Part shown: positions 30,501 through 40,671 of the stretch, one piece after another
How the letters are laid out: each line of letters begins with the position of its first letter
Position numbering within the stretch: the first letter of the stretch is position 1
Assembly (NCBI GenBank): GCA_963806035.1
Contig: CAWDWO010000013.1
Coordinates: forward strand, 64,001-128,000
Source: Candidatus Krumholzibacteriota bacterium
GTDB lineage: Bacteria; Krumholzibacteriota; Krumholzibacteriia; JAJRXK01
Direction: 5' to 3'
Length of the DNA: 64,000 nt
Notes under the pieces: generated by a model
The model's input: the letters and a program-made list of their open reading frames with translations, nothing else
What the model was told of the DNA's origin: nothing
Databases searched by the model: none
Position numbers and translations under genes: made by a program

Positions 30501-31679
30501 ATGTTCGCAAGCTCCAAGAGACGCCGGCGCGGCCGGTCCAAGAAATCACAGCGCAGCGCCCGTCCCGTTCTCGTCCTGCTCGTCATGATCCTGGTGGCCG
30601 GCAGCGCCACCGTGGCCTGGCTCAGAAGTGAGCGGGGCGAAATCTGGTTGGCCGAGCGCGGGGTGGCGAGCGCCCAGGAGCACTGCGCGCAGCTCTGGCA
30701 GAGCAGTTTGCTCGACGGCCTGATGGACGCGGGCATCCCCCCCGACAGCGTGGTGGTCCATCCGGGTTATCCGGTCGAGGTGGAGGTCGGCGCCAGCTGC
30801 GATCTCTTCGCGCTCAATCTGGCCGTGACCCGGCGCCTCGAGGCGGCCGGCGGCCAGGTCGCCAAAGGGGAGCGTTTCGAGGATCAGGGCTCCTCGGTCT
30901 TGGAGCTCTGGTTGGGGGGGAAGGGCTACGTGAGCCACCGCTTGCTGGCCCGGCGCGGCCCCCAGGCATCGGCTCTGCAGCCGCCTCCTCCGCCCAAGGG
31001 TCTTCTGGCCATCGTGGTGGATGACTTCGGGCACAACCTGAACGCGACGGTGCGTCAGCTGCTCTCTCTGTCGGTCCCCATCACCGTGGCCATTCTGCCC
31101 GAGCGCCCGGCCAGTCTGCGGGTGCTCAGCGAGGCGCGCCGCGCCGGGAAAGAGGCGATCCTCCACATGCCGATGGAACCGGTGGCCGGGAGCAGCCCCG
31201 GTCCGGGAAAGCTGGCCCTGATGGTGGACATGAGCCGCGAGGAAGTCCGGCGCCGCCTCGAACGCGCCCTGGACGAGCTCTCCGGGGTGCAGGGCCTCAA
31301 TAACCACATGGGCAGCGAATTCACCCAGCACCCCGGCGGGATGGAGGTGGTGGCCCAGGTGCTGGCCGAGCGTGGACTGTATTTCCTGGATAGTCTCACC
31401 AGCCCCCATTCGGTGGCTTACGAGACGGTCCGGCGCTCCCACGTGCCCGCCCTGCGCAACGACCTCTTTCTGGATCTGGACGTGCAGGACCCGGCTCTCA
31501 TCGAGCAGAGGCTCCAGCGGCTCATCGAGCGGGCGCGCCGCAAGGGCACGGCCATCGGAATCGGCCATCCCGAGCCGGCCACGGCCCGCGTGCTGCAGGA
31601 AATTCTGCCCCAGTTGGACCCGCGAGACGTCAAACCAGTCTTTCTGAGCGAGATCCTGCGCAGTTTTCCGCAGTCCTGA
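30501..31679 (+). CDS. Divergent polysaccharide deacetylase family protein (YibQ-like), membrane anchored
   Basis: N-terminal TM, AIVVDDFG, LHMPMEP, NNHMGS, FLDSLT, AIGIGHP. Confidence 0.9.
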   Translation: MFASSKRRRRGRSKKSQRSARPVLVLLVMILVAGSATVAWLRSERGEIWLAERGVASAQEHCAQLWQSSLLDGLMDAGIPPDSVVVHPGYPVEVEVGASCDLFALNLAVTRRLEAAGGQVAKGERFEDQGSSVLELWLGGKGYVSHRLLARRGPQASALQPPPPPKGLLAIVVDDFGHNLNATVRQLLSLSVPITVAILPERPASLRVLSEARRAGKEAILHMPMEPVAGSSPGPGKLALMVDMSREEVRRRLERALDELSGVQGLNNHMGSEFTQHPGGMEVVAQVLAERGLYFLDSLTSPHSVAYETVRRSHVPALRNDLFLDLDVQDPALIEQRLQRLIERARRKGTAIGIGHPEPATARVLQEILPQLDPRDVKPVFLSEILRSFPQS

Positions 31680-31694
31680 ATCGCCGTGCCCTCG

Positions 31695-31722
31695 TTGACA
31701 GGCTGAGAGGCCCGGCTATACT
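31695..31722 (+). promoter_or_regulatory. Putative sigma70 promoter of secDF
   Basis: TTGACA-16 nt-TATACT. Confidence 0.65.
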
Positions 31723-31876
31723 TGTTGGGTTTCGGTCGCAGACGGAACTCCTTGCTGGAGGCTCGCCTCCGCCCGAATCCCGCCGAGGCCGGGATGCGCC
31801 CGGCTGAACCTCACGGCACCAACCAAACCCCCGGAGCGCGGGCTTCTCGCTTCTGCGCCAGTTGGGTGAAAATGGA

Positions 31877-33622
31877 ATGAAACGATCATTACAGATCAAA
31901 GCCGCGCTCATCGTGGTGCTGGCGATCTGGGCTGGAATCAATCTCTGGCCCACGCTGCAACTCAGCCGCATGAGCGCCGCAAAAGAGAAGGCCCTGGCCT
32001 CCACTCCCGAGGGCCTGACCAAACTCGACAAGCTGCACTCCCACGCGATCAAGCGGGGTCTCGACCTTCAGGGTGGGATGTACCTGGTGCTCGACGTGGA
32101 TCAGAGCACGGTGGAAAAGGGCACCTCCGAGGACGCGATCAAGCGCACGCTGGAGATCCTGCGCAACCGCATCGACCAGTTCGGAGTCTCCGAACCCGAC
32201 GTGCGCCGCGAAGGCACTTCCCGGATCATCGTCCAGTTGCCCGGTCTGCAGGACGCCGAACGCGCCAAGCGCCTCATCGGCAAGACCGCGCGTCTGGAGT
32301 TCCGCATGGTGCGAGAGGGCGCGGACGTGACCAGCCTTTTGGCGCGTCTGGATCGCGTGCTGGCCGCGAACGGCAGCTTGCCGGATTCGGTCGAGACCGC
32401 TCTGGACCAAGAGAGCGAACTCAGCGCGAGTGACTCCACCGCCGCCGATTCGAGTTCCACGAAGATGGCGCAGGCCGCCTCCGACAGCTCCAAGGGCGAT
32501 CTTCTGAGTGACCTCGGAGGAAAGGACGAGGAGTCGACGGGCGAGGTGGGAGACTGGGAGAAGGAGCACCCGCTCACCTCTCTCATGGGGCCCTTCCTGA
32601 AGAACCGTGGCGCGCTTCCGGTCAGCGAGGCGAACAAGCCGCGCGTGGATGCTCTGCTCCATACGCCCGAGGCGCAACGCATCATGCCTCGTGATGTGGA
32701 ATGGCTGTGGGGAAGCGAGCAGCTCACCGGCAACGACGGACGCCCGGCGTTTCTGCTCTACCTGGTGGACAAGAAAGTCGAACTCACCGGAGGTGAGGTC
32801 CGCAACGCCGGAGTCTCGCCCGATCCCGACCGGCCGCCTCTGCTCATGGTCAATCTGGGCTTCAGCCGGCGCGGCGGCATCAAGTTCGCCAACGTGACCG
32901 GCGCCAACGTCGGCCGCAAGCTGGGCATCGTGCTCGACGACGTGGTCATCAGCGCGCCCAACATTCGCCAGCGCATTCCCAACGGTTCGGCCGTGATCTC
33001 CGGTGGATTCGAGAGAGACACCGAAGCGCGCGATCTGGCCCTGATGCTCAGAGCCGGTGCCCTTCCCGCCGACGTCAAAATCGCCGAAGAGCGCACGGTG
33101 GGACCGAGTCTGGGACGCGACTCCATCAAGCAGGGAGTGAACGCGGCCATCCTGGGCTTCATCGTGGTCGTTCTCTTCATCATCCTCTACTACCGCATGG
33201 CGGGGGTGCTGGCCACCTTCGGTCTCTTCGTAACCCTGTTGCTGTTGATGGGACTTCTGGCGCAGCTCCACCTCACCCTGACGCTCCCGGGTATCGCCGG
33301 GATCATCTTGACGGTGGGCATGGCGGTCGACGCCAACGTCCTCATCTTCGAACGAATACGCGAAGAACTTCGCGCGGGGAAGACGGTGCGGGCATCGATC
33401 GACGCGGGCTACGCGAATGCCACACGTACCATCGTCGATGCCAACATCACCACCTTCATCGCCGCGGTCGTGCTGTACTACTTCGGAACCGGCCCCATCA
33501 AGGGCTTCGCAGTCACGCTGAGCATCGGGATTTTGACCAGTATGTTCTCCGCGTTGATTTTCACCCGAACGGTCTATGACTTCTGGCTGCAGGGACGTAC
33601 GCCCCGCAAGCTGAGCATTTAA
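31877..33622 (+). CDS. secD: Protein translocase subunit SecD
   Basis: GLDLQGG, RNRIDQFGVSEP, LRAGALPA, TVGPSLG, GMAVDANVLIFERIREE. Confidence 0.97.
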   Translation: MKRSLQIKAALIVVLAIWAGINLWPTLQLSRMSAAKEKALASTPEGLTKLDKLHSHAIKRGLDLQGGMYLVLDVDQSTVEKGTSEDAIKRTLEILRNRIDQFGVSEPDVRREGTSRIIVQLPGLQDAERAKRLIGKTARLEFRMVREGADVTSLLARLDRVLAANGSLPDSVETALDQESELSASDSTAADSSSTKMAQAASDSSKGDLLSDLGGKDEESTGEVGDWEKEHPLTSLMGPFLKNRGALPVSEANKPRVDALLHTPEAQRIMPRDVEWLWGSEQLTGNDGRPAFLLYLVDKKVELTGGEVRNAGVSPDPDRPPLLMVNLGFSRRGGIKFANVTGANVGRKLGIVLDDVVISAPNIRQRIPNGSAVISGGFERDTEARDLALMLRAGALPADVKIAEERTVGPSLGRDSIKQGVNAAILGFIVVVLFIILYYRMAGVLATFGLFVTLLLLMGLLAQLHLTLTLPGIAGIILTVGMAVDANVLIFERIREELRAGKTVRASIDAGYANATRTIVDANITTFIAAVVLYYFGTGPIKGFAVTLSIGILTSMFSALIFTRTVYDFWLQGRTPRKLSI

Positions 33623-33635
33623 GGGGACGGGCACC

Positions 33636-34568
33636 ATGCAGTTTTTGACCGACAAACACATTGATTTCCTGGGCAAGAAGAAGATCGCGGCCACGATCTC
33701 CATGTTGCTCATCCTGGCGGGAGTCGTCTCCTTGATCGTCAAGCACGGGCCGCTCTTGTCCATCGACTTCCGGGGCGGCTCCATCGTGGAGCTGCGCATC
33801 ACACCCGCGCCCGAGGTTTCCAAAGTCCGCAGCGCCCTGGCCGAGGGCGGGATCAAGGTCTCCCAGGTGACCACCTTCGGGGGACCCCAAGAGGTCCTCA
33901 TCTACGTGGACAAGCTGGATGAGAGCGAAGCGGTGACCGGAGAGCACCAGACCGTGCAAGGCGTCGTCGCGAAAGCCTTGCCCGATCATCAGGTCGAGTT
34001 GCGCCGCGAGGAAACGGTCGGGCCGAAGATCGGCGAGGAGTTACGGAAGGGTGCGACCAACGCGATCTTCGTATCGCTGATCCTCATCGTGCTCTACATC
34101 ACCTTCCGTTTCGTCTTCAACTTCGGATTGGCGGCAGTGCTCACTCTGGTGCACGACGTCTTGATCACGCTGGGACTCTTCTCGTTGATGAACAAGGAGA
34201 TCAGCCTCAGCATCGTGGCTGCATTTCTGACCATCATCGGGTATTCGCTGAACGATACCATCGTCGTCTTCGACCGCATTCGCGAGAACATGCGCCTGCG
34301 GCGCAAGGAGAGCTACGAAGATGTCGTCAATCGCAGCATCAACGAGACCCTCAGCCGCACGATCATCACCTCGCTGACCACGGTCTTCGTGGCGTTCATC
34401 CTCTACTTGATCGGTGGGGCGGTGATCCATGATTTCGCCTTCGCACTGACGGTCGGGATCGTGGTGGGTACCTATTCCTCGATCTACGTATCGAGCCCGC
34501 TGGTCATCCTGTGGTACAAGTGGCGTTCTTCGGATCGCAAGCGCGGAAAGCGTGGCGCTCTGGCCTGA
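33636..34568 (+). CDS. secF: Protein translocase subunit SecF
   Basis: IDFRGG, VGPKIG.EL, HDV, GYSLNDTIVVFDRIRE, GTYSSI. Confidence 0.97.
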   Translation: MQFLTDKHIDFLGKKKIAATISMLLILAGVVSLIVKHGPLLSIDFRGGSIVELRITPAPEVSKVRSALAEGGIKVSQVTTFGGPQEVLIYVDKLDESEAVTGEHQTVQGVVAKALPDHQVELRREETVGPKIGEELRKGATNAIFVSLILIVLYITFRFVFNFGLAAVLTLVHDVLITLGLFSLMNKEISLSIVAAFLTIIGYSLNDTIVVFDRIRENMRLRRKESYEDVVNRSINETLSRTIITSLTTVFVAFILYLIGGAVIHDFAFALTVGIVVGTYSSIYVSSPLVILWYKWRSSDRKRGKRGALA

Positions 34569-34591
34569 GAAGGATGCTTCTTCGCTTTGCC

Positions 34592-34624
34592 GGGCCGTCC
34601 CGATCTACTCGGGGCGGCCTTTTT
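34592..34624 (+). terminator. Intrinsic terminator after secF
   Basis: Stem GGGCCGTCCCGA/TCGGGGCGGCCT followed by a T-run. Confidence 0.75.
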
Positions 34625-34713
34625 CGTGCCTGAAAACGGGCGAAGGTGTCCAGGACGGCGCGCAGATGCTATCCTCTACAGGTCGCCCCGTCACATCCAC
34701 CCGTGGAGGGCCC

Positions 34714-35256
34714 ATGCTTCGCTCTCTCGCACCGAAATTCTTGCTCTCTCTCCTCGCTCTCGGTCTGCTCTGTGAGGGATCCGCCGCTCAGACCAAGGCG
34801 GCGAAAGTGACGCGGCATGACACGACCAGGATCAAGAGCGTGGCTGCTCCCGTGCGAAAACTGGCTCCCGAGATGCGCCCTCTGGCGATTGCCGCCGAGA
34901 AGGCCTTTCTCGAGCTGGGCGCCGCATTCACCGAGGGTGACGCGGAGAAGGCCACGGCACTCATGGACGAAGGGGAAATCCTCTTTCAACTCGAACCTCC
35001 ACAGAGCGACGCGTCACTGAAGGACGAGGAACCGCTGCGCAGCCATCAGCAGGTGTTCTACCTGTTGAAGGCGTTCTTCGCGCAGCACTCCATCGAGGAG
35101 TCACACTGTCCATGCCCACAGGATTTCGACAATCCTGACAGCGCTCACGGCGTCCTCGAGCTGGAGCTGGACGATTCGAGTTTGCGCCGTTTCTATGTGA
35201 GACTCCGTCGCGTGGAACATGAGTGGCGTGTGAGCGAACTGCGCGCTCTTCCCTGA
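34714..35256 (+). CDS. Secreted hypothetical protein (possibly DUF4783-like)
   Basis: SD GGAGG, extended -10 TGcTATCCT at 34667-34675, signal peptide, S.QQ..YLLK.FF segment. Confidence 0.6.
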   Translation: MLRSLAPKFLLSLLALGLLCEGSAAQTKAAKVTRHDTTRIKSVAAPVRKLAPEMRPLAIAAEKAFLELGAAFTEGDAEKATALMDEGEILFQLEPPQSDASLKDEEPLRSHQQVFYLLKAFFAQHSIEESHCPCPQDFDNPDSAHGVLELELDDSSLRRFYVRLRRVEHEWRVSELRALP

Positions 35257-35287
35257 TGGAAGTCGAGCGTCGCCGGATGGACTGCTA

Positions 35288-38200
35288 ATGGTGCGAACCT
35301 TTCCCCTTTGGGTCGTTCTCGCTCTGGGTGCGCTGCTTCTCTCCACCACTGGCGAGGCGGTGATCTGGCCCTCCGCCGCCCTCATTCTGAGTACCCTTGC
35401 GCTCCTGTCGTGGATGCGCGCGCGGAAATTCGTGTCGCGCGGAACCACGATCTTGCGGCTGGTGCTGCTCGTGCTCCTCTGCGCCGCTTCGCTCATGGGG
35501 CTGCGCCTGTCGAGCGTCGCGTCGCGCGAGGATGGGGTATGGTTGCGGCTCGCGCGGACTCGACTGGATACCGGGGCCGAACGGGTGCGCTCCTCCCTTC
35601 TGGAGCTCGAGCGCAACGCGCGCGCTCGCGCTCGTGAGGCGCTGCTTCCCAACGCCGACCTGGAGCTCTTGTCCCGCTCCCTGCGTCTGGCCTCCACCGA
35701 TTTGGAAATAGGAATTTCGCGCTGGGAGAACGGCCAGATCATCGACTGGGCCGGTCAGGTTCCCGGCCCTGAAAGAGTGGCGCCCGGACCCCGACCGCTT
35801 TTGGTGGACCACGGTTTCCGCCGCTATTTGACCGTGTCCGCCCAAGACGCGCAGGGGCGTGTCGCCTACCTGGACGTGAGTCTGGGAATCACCCGCGAAC
35901 TCTTTCCTCGCCTGGGCGTTGGCGTCGATCCGGGCCGCCTGCTCTCGGGAAAGACCGGGCTGCAGGTCAGCCTGCGGGCGGCTCCGCCCGAGCCCGAGGA
36001 GATCACCGGTTCGCTGGAACGTGTGGTTGCCGTCCCGGAAGAGGATCCCTGGGCCTGGGTCATCCTCACCGCTCCCGGAGCGCGTGAGGAAAGGCGGATG
36101 GTGCTGGAGCACGAAGGCCGCGTGCTCGCCCTCCTGCTTCTGGCCGCGTTTTTGGTCGCCACCGCTCTGGCCTGGCGCGGCTGGAGTGGAAGAAGGGTGA
36201 ACCGCCGCAGCGTGGCGACTGCCGCCGCGCTCGCGCTCTTGGTGCTCGTCTTTCGCTTCGGAATCGATCGGGCGCAGGTGCTGCACCTCGCCTTCACGAG
36301 CGAGCACGGACTCATGCACTGGCTGCTCGAACCGGCCTACTTTGCGACCACCTGGGGCTTCGGGCTTCTGCGCAGCGTACTCGATTTCTTTTGTAGCTCC
36401 CTGGCCCTGGCCCTCGTGTTGCTGCTGCTCTTGCCTTCCTGGCTGTACTTCCTGCGCGAAGGGGAGGGGCGGGTTCGGCGTTGGACGGGCGCGATCCTGC
36501 TGCTTCTCCTCAGCGGCGCTGCCCTGGCTTGGTTGTACACTCTCCAGCGAGTGGTGGCCCAGAACGCCAATCCCAAGCTCATCGGTCTGGACGCACCCTT
36601 CTTCACCCTTCCCTTTCAAGTGCTCCACTGGGCCATGTTGCTCGCGCTCCTGGCGCCCGTCGGGTTCGTGTTTTTGGGTTGGGAGCGATGGCTGCGCCAT
36701 CTCCGATTCCGCCACGTCCTGGCCTTGGTCGCGGGCTTGCTTTTGGGGGCAGCCGTTCTGCTTTTGGACGGCGGCAGCTCGCGCGCCTTCTGGGCCTTCC
36801 TCTTGCCCATCGCGGCCGTCTCGGTTTCCCGCGCGATGCAGCACCCCTCGTTCTCCGTGCGCGTGGTGGCGGCCCTGGCCCTCATCCTTTGGTTGAGCGC
36901 GACGCAGGCGGAGGGCTTGCGTCAGGTCTACCGCGGACTGAAGGAGAGCGTGGCCACCGAACGCGCCCTCGATCGTCTGCATCCCCGCGACAACTGGCGA
37001 CGGGTGCTGGTGGAGGAACTCCTTCGCGAACTCTCACAGAACACGGCGCAGTTGCGACAGCTGGCCGATCCGAATCTCGACCGCAGCAACGTCGCCTTCG
37101 AGTTGTGGGCGAGCAGCAGCAGTCTGAGCGCTCTCGGCTACGGCTCGCACATCGTCCTGCTCGACGCGGCGGGGAAGGTGCTCAGCGACTTCGACCTCGG
37201 ACTTCCCTACCAGGCCCAACCGGTGGTGATGCCCACCTCGCGCCCGATCGGCGCCGAACCCTTCGGCGTGAAGACGGTCCAGGTGCAGAGTGCTCGCGGG
37301 ACCTTTCTCGTCTATCGCGGGTGGCTGGACCTGAAGTACTTCGTGCCCAATGGTGACGCCAGCTGGCTGCGCGTGGACTTGCCCTACGGAACGACCGATC
37401 CGGCGGCGCCCATCGACTTCAAGCCGACCGGCGGTCCCAGCGCCCTCGGTTTCGCCACCGGACGGGACTTGCTCTCTCCGCGGCAGGAATTCGAGCAGCC
37501 GGTCATCATGGGACGGATGGGAGAGAAAACCGTGATCGCCGCCACCGATCCGGTTCTGGTCGGCCTGCCGGTGTCCTCCCTGGCGCAGGACGGCTCCTGG
37601 CACCAGGTGCGGCGCAAGGGCACTCCCTACCAGGCGCAAATCGTGGGCGAAGACGGTGAGCGGCTGGTGGTGGCATTCGCGCTGCCCACCGCCAACGAAC
37701 GCCTTCTGGATGCCACGCGCCTCGTGGCGCTCTATCTGGTGGCCGGCGCGCTGGGCCTGATGTGTCTGCTCCTCTTGCTGGCCTTGCGACCGGGCTCTCC
37801 ACGCTGGCCCGCGTCGCTGGGGCGGCTGGGCTACCAGGAGCGGCTGCTGGGCGCCATGGTGGTGCTAGTGCTCTTGCCCGTGATCGTGTTCGGGGTCTTC
37901 CAGAGCCGGCGTGCGTCCGCGAACTTGCGCCGCTCCAACATGGAAGAGGTCACGCGCCGGCTGGACACCGCTCTGCGCTTGCTCGCCAACGGTTTGGACG
38001 ACGCGCTGAGAATTCGTCTGGATACCGGGCCCGTCCACGATCTGCTGAGCACCGGCACCCTGCAGGAGCAGAACGAGAGCGCCGGGAACGAGCGCGATCA
38101 AGTGACGGTCTTCGATCCCAGCGGCGAAATGATCTACGACGAGAGCCATCGCGAACTCGCGCCCACCCAAAAGCACCGTCTTCTGCAGCTGTTGTCCGGC

Positions 38201-39847
38201 GCGGTTCTCGTGCTCGAGGACGACTCCACCGGCTGGTACCTGGGCCGTCTTTATCACGAGCCGGGAAGCGACAACCAGAGCTATTCCATCTATCTCAGGC
38301 GGCGGATCGAAGACGAGGACCTGGGAAGAGTAGCGCACACGGTCGGCGTGGACCTCACTCTCTTCGACGGAGCGTGGGCGGTGGTCTCGAGCCGAGATGA
38401 TCTCTTCAAGGCCGGCTTGATCGTGCCGGTTCTGCCCGCCGACGCGCAGCGGCTTTTGCGGCGCGGGGGCAGTCCACGCTACGTCACCACCGAACCGGGC
38501 CAAGGTCTGGTCGTGGCACGGGCCTACACCATCGTGCCCGGTCCGGGAGAGCAGCGCCGCGGCGTCCTGGCGGGCCGCCTCTTCACCCAGGCCACAGTGG
38601 CGGCCCTGGAACAGCGGCGCAGCTATCTCTTTCTCTTCGGGCTCTCCTCTCTGGCTTTTCTTCTGGCCACCGCGGCCGGTCTCTACCTGGCCGCGCGCAC
38701 CGTCAATCCGATCCTGGTGCTGCTGGGGGCGACGAGGAGAGTGGGCGCGGGAGAACTCGACGTGCGCCTACCGGAGAAGGGCGACGACGAGATCGGGGAG
38801 CTCACCCACTCCTTCAATCTGATGACTCGCGACCTGGAGCAGAGCCAGCGCAGTCTGGCGGCGCGCCGTTCCTTTCTCGAAGCCATGCTGGGAGGTTTGA
38901 GCGCAGGGGTGCTCGTTCTCGACCCCGAGTTCGCGGTGGTCGAATCCAACCCGGCCGCGGCCAAGCTCGAAGAAACGGAGACCCAGGAGCTTCTCACCCA
39001 ACTCAAAGCGCAAGATCTCTCGCAGCAGACCAACAGCACCGAGGTCGTACTCACCGGCGAGGACACACCACGGACCCTGCGGGCCGTCATTTCGCCCATC
39101 CAACTCGAGGCGGACCGGCCCGGCTGGCTCTTGTTGTTCGACGACGTGACCGAATTGCTCTCGAGCCGCCGTCTCGCGCTCTACGCAGAAATGGCGCGCC
39201 AGGTGGCGCACGAGGTGAAGAACCCGCTGACTCCCATCCAGCTCGCGGCGCAGATGGTGCGCCAGGCCTGCCACGACGATCATCCCCGCAAGGAGCAGAT
39301 CGTCGACGACAGCGTGGAGCAGATCGAGCGGCAGGTGCAACGCCTGCGCGAGATCGCTTCGGAATTCAGTTTGCTCGGTCGTCCCGATCTGCCCGAGCTA
39401 GTGGCGGTGGAGCTGGGCGATCTGTTGAGAGAGGTTCAACTTCTCTACCCCTCGCCGGATCAGAGCCACGAATTGCGCATCCACGGGGGTGAGGGGATCC
39501 ACGTACTCGCGAACCGCGAGGCGATGCTGAAGATCCTCACGAACCTGGTGGAGAACGCCTGGCAGGCCATGGGGGGCAGTGGAACGGTGGAGATCAGCGC
39601 CACGGTGGAGGGGGAAAAGGTGCAGCTGAGGGTTGTCGACGAGGGTCCCGGCATCTCCCCCGAGGCCGAGGAGCGCCTCTTCGAGGCCTATTTTTCCACC
39701 AAGAGCTACGGCACGGGGCTGGGCCTGGTCATCTGCCGGAACCTCACAGAAAAGATGGGTGGACGTATCCATCTGACCAATCGGAGCGATCATCGCGGCG
39801 CCAGCGCGGTGGTGGAACTGCCGCGCTACCATCCCACGACTTTGTAG
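35288..39847 (+). CDS. Very large multi-TM HAMP/PAS-like sensor histidine kinase (NtrY-like)
   Basis: Numerous TM helices, HAMP (DEIGEL..SFN.M), H-box ARQVAHEVKNPLTPIQL, NLVENA, DEGPG, FSTKSYGTGLGL. Confidence 0.9.
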   Translation: MVRTFPLWVVLALGALLLSTTGEAVIWPSAALILSTLALLSWMRARKFVSRGTTILRLVLLVLLCAASLMGLRLSSVASREDGVWLRLARTRLDTGAERVRSSLLELERNARARAREALLPNADLELLSRSLRLASTDLEIGISRWENGQIIDWAGQVPGPERVAPGPRPLLVDHGFRRYLTVSAQDAQGRVAYLDVSLGITRELFPRLGVGVDPGRLLSGKTGLQVSLRAAPPEPEEITGSLERVVAVPEEDPWAWVILTAPGAREERRMVLEHEGRVLALLLLAAFLVATALAWRGWSGRRVNRRSVATAAALALLVLVFRFGIDRAQVLHLAFTSEHGLMHWLLEPAYFATTWGFGLLRSVLDFFCSSLALALVLLLLLPSWLYFLREGEGRVRRWTGAILLLLLSGAALAWLYTLQRVVAQNANPKLIGLDAPFFTLPFQVLHWAMLLALLAPVGFVFLGWERWLRHLRFRHVLALVAGLLLGAAVLLLDGGSSRAFWAFLLPIAAVSVSRAMQHPSFSVRVVAALALILWLSATQAEGLRQVYRGLKESVATERALDRLHPRDNWRRVLVEELLRELSQNTAQLRQLADPNLDRSNVAFELWASSSSLSALGYGSHIVLLDAAGKVLSDFDLGLPYQAQPVVMPTSRPIGAEPFGVKTVQVQSARGTFLVYRGWLDLKYFVPNGDASWLRVDLPYGTTDPAAPIDFKPTGGPSALGFATGRDLLSPRQEFEQPVIMGRMGEKTVIAATDPVLVGLPVSSLAQDGSWHQVRRKGTPYQAQIVGEDGERLVVAFALPTANERLLDATRLVALYLVAGALGLMCLLLLLALRPGSPRWPASLGRLGYQERLLGAMVVLVLLPVIVFGVFQSRRASANLRRSNMEEVTRRLDTALRLLANGLDDALRIRLDTGPVHDLLSTGTLQEQNESAGNERDQVTVFDPSGEMIYDESHRELAPTQKHRLLQLLSGAVLVLEDDSTGWYLGRLYHEPGSDNQSYSIYLRRRIEDEDLGRVAHTVGVDLTLFDGAWAVVSSRDDLFKAGLIVPVLPADAQRLLRRGGSPRYVTTEPGQGLVVARAYTIVPGPGEQRRGVLAGRLFTQATVAALEQRRSYLFLFGLSSLAFLLATAAGLYLAARTVNPILVLLGATRRVGAGELDVRLPEKGDDEIGELTHSFNLMTRDLEQSQRSLAARRSFLEAMLGGLSAGVLVLDPEFAVVESNPAAAKLEETETQELLTQLKAQDLSQQTNSTEVVLTGEDTPRTLRAVISPIQLEADRPGWLLLFDDVTELLSSRRLALYAEMARQVAHEVKNPLTPIQLAAQMVRQACHDDHPRKEQIVDDSVEQIERQVQRLREIASEFSLLGRPDLPELVAVELGDLLREVQLLYPSPDQSHELRIHGGEGIHVLANREAMLKILTNLVENAWQAMGGSGTVEISATVEGEKVQLRVVDEGPGISPEAEERLFEAYFSTKSYGTGLGLVICRNLTEKMGGRIHLTNRSDHRGASAVVELPRYHPTTL

Positions 39848-39948
39848 GGGTTGGCCGGAACAGGCGGTCCTTCGTAAGGGTATGGAGAGGGGATATTCCC
39901 TCTGCGTCGCCCCAAGCCCGAAAGTTCGGCTACTCTCCGGAGTTCCAG

Positions 39949-40662
39949 ATGTCTCGATTCTCCGCCATACGAGCGCTTTCTTGGCCGGCCTTGGCCTGCC
40001 TGCTCGGGCTCCTCTTGTCCGCCGCGAGGGCGGCGGCCAGCAGCGATCCTTCGGCTCCCGAGCACCTGGGGCAGTTCACGGTGGCGCGCCTCCACTACAC
40101 CGGGGGAGGAGATTGGTACTCCGATCCCAGCTCGCTGCCGAACCTGCTCGAGCAATTGCAGTTGCGAACGGGTCTGCCCACGGCTCGCGAGGACGTGCCG
40201 GTCACCCTGGACGACGAGCGGCTCTACTCGCATCCCTTTCTCTACGCCACCGGCCACGGCACCATCGCGCTCTCGCCGCAGGATCTCGCCCGCCTCCGCC
40301 GCTATCTGGATGCTGGAGGATTCTGGTGGGTCGACGATAACTACGGTTTCGATCGCTCCTTTCGCCGCACCGTGTCCCAGCTCTATCCCGACGACCAACT
40401 GGTGCCCTTGAGCAGCGACCATCCCATTTATCGCGCATACTACGATTTGCCCGGACTGCCGAAGATCCACTACCACGACGGCGATCCCGCACAGGGCTTC
40501 GGCCTCTTCCGCAACGGGAGAATGGTGATCTTCTACAGCTGGAGCAGCGACATCGGAGACGGTCTCGAGGATCCCAGCGTGCACGGGGACCCCGCGAATC
40601 TGCGCGAAGCCGCCATGAAGATGGCCATCAACGTCTGCATCTATGCTTTGACACAACCCTAG
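39949..40662 (+). CDS. DUF4159 domain protein (exported)
   Basis: Signal peptide, ARLHY.GGGDWY.DP..LPNL, PFLYATGHG, YL..GGF..VDDNYG, DIGDG.ED. Confidence 0.85.
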   Translation: MSRFSAIRALSWPALACLLGLLLSAARAAASSDPSAPEHLGQFTVARLHYTGGGDWYSDPSSLPNLLEQLQLRTGLPTAREDVPVTLDDERLYSHPFLYATGHGTIALSPQDLARLRRYLDAGGFWWVDDNYGFDRSFRRTVSQLYPDDQLVPLSSDHPIYRAYYDLPGLPKIHYHDGDPAQGFGLFRNGRMVIFYSWSSDIGDGLEDPSVHGDPANLREAAMKMAINVCIYALTQP

Positions 40663-40671
40663 GAGCGCTTC

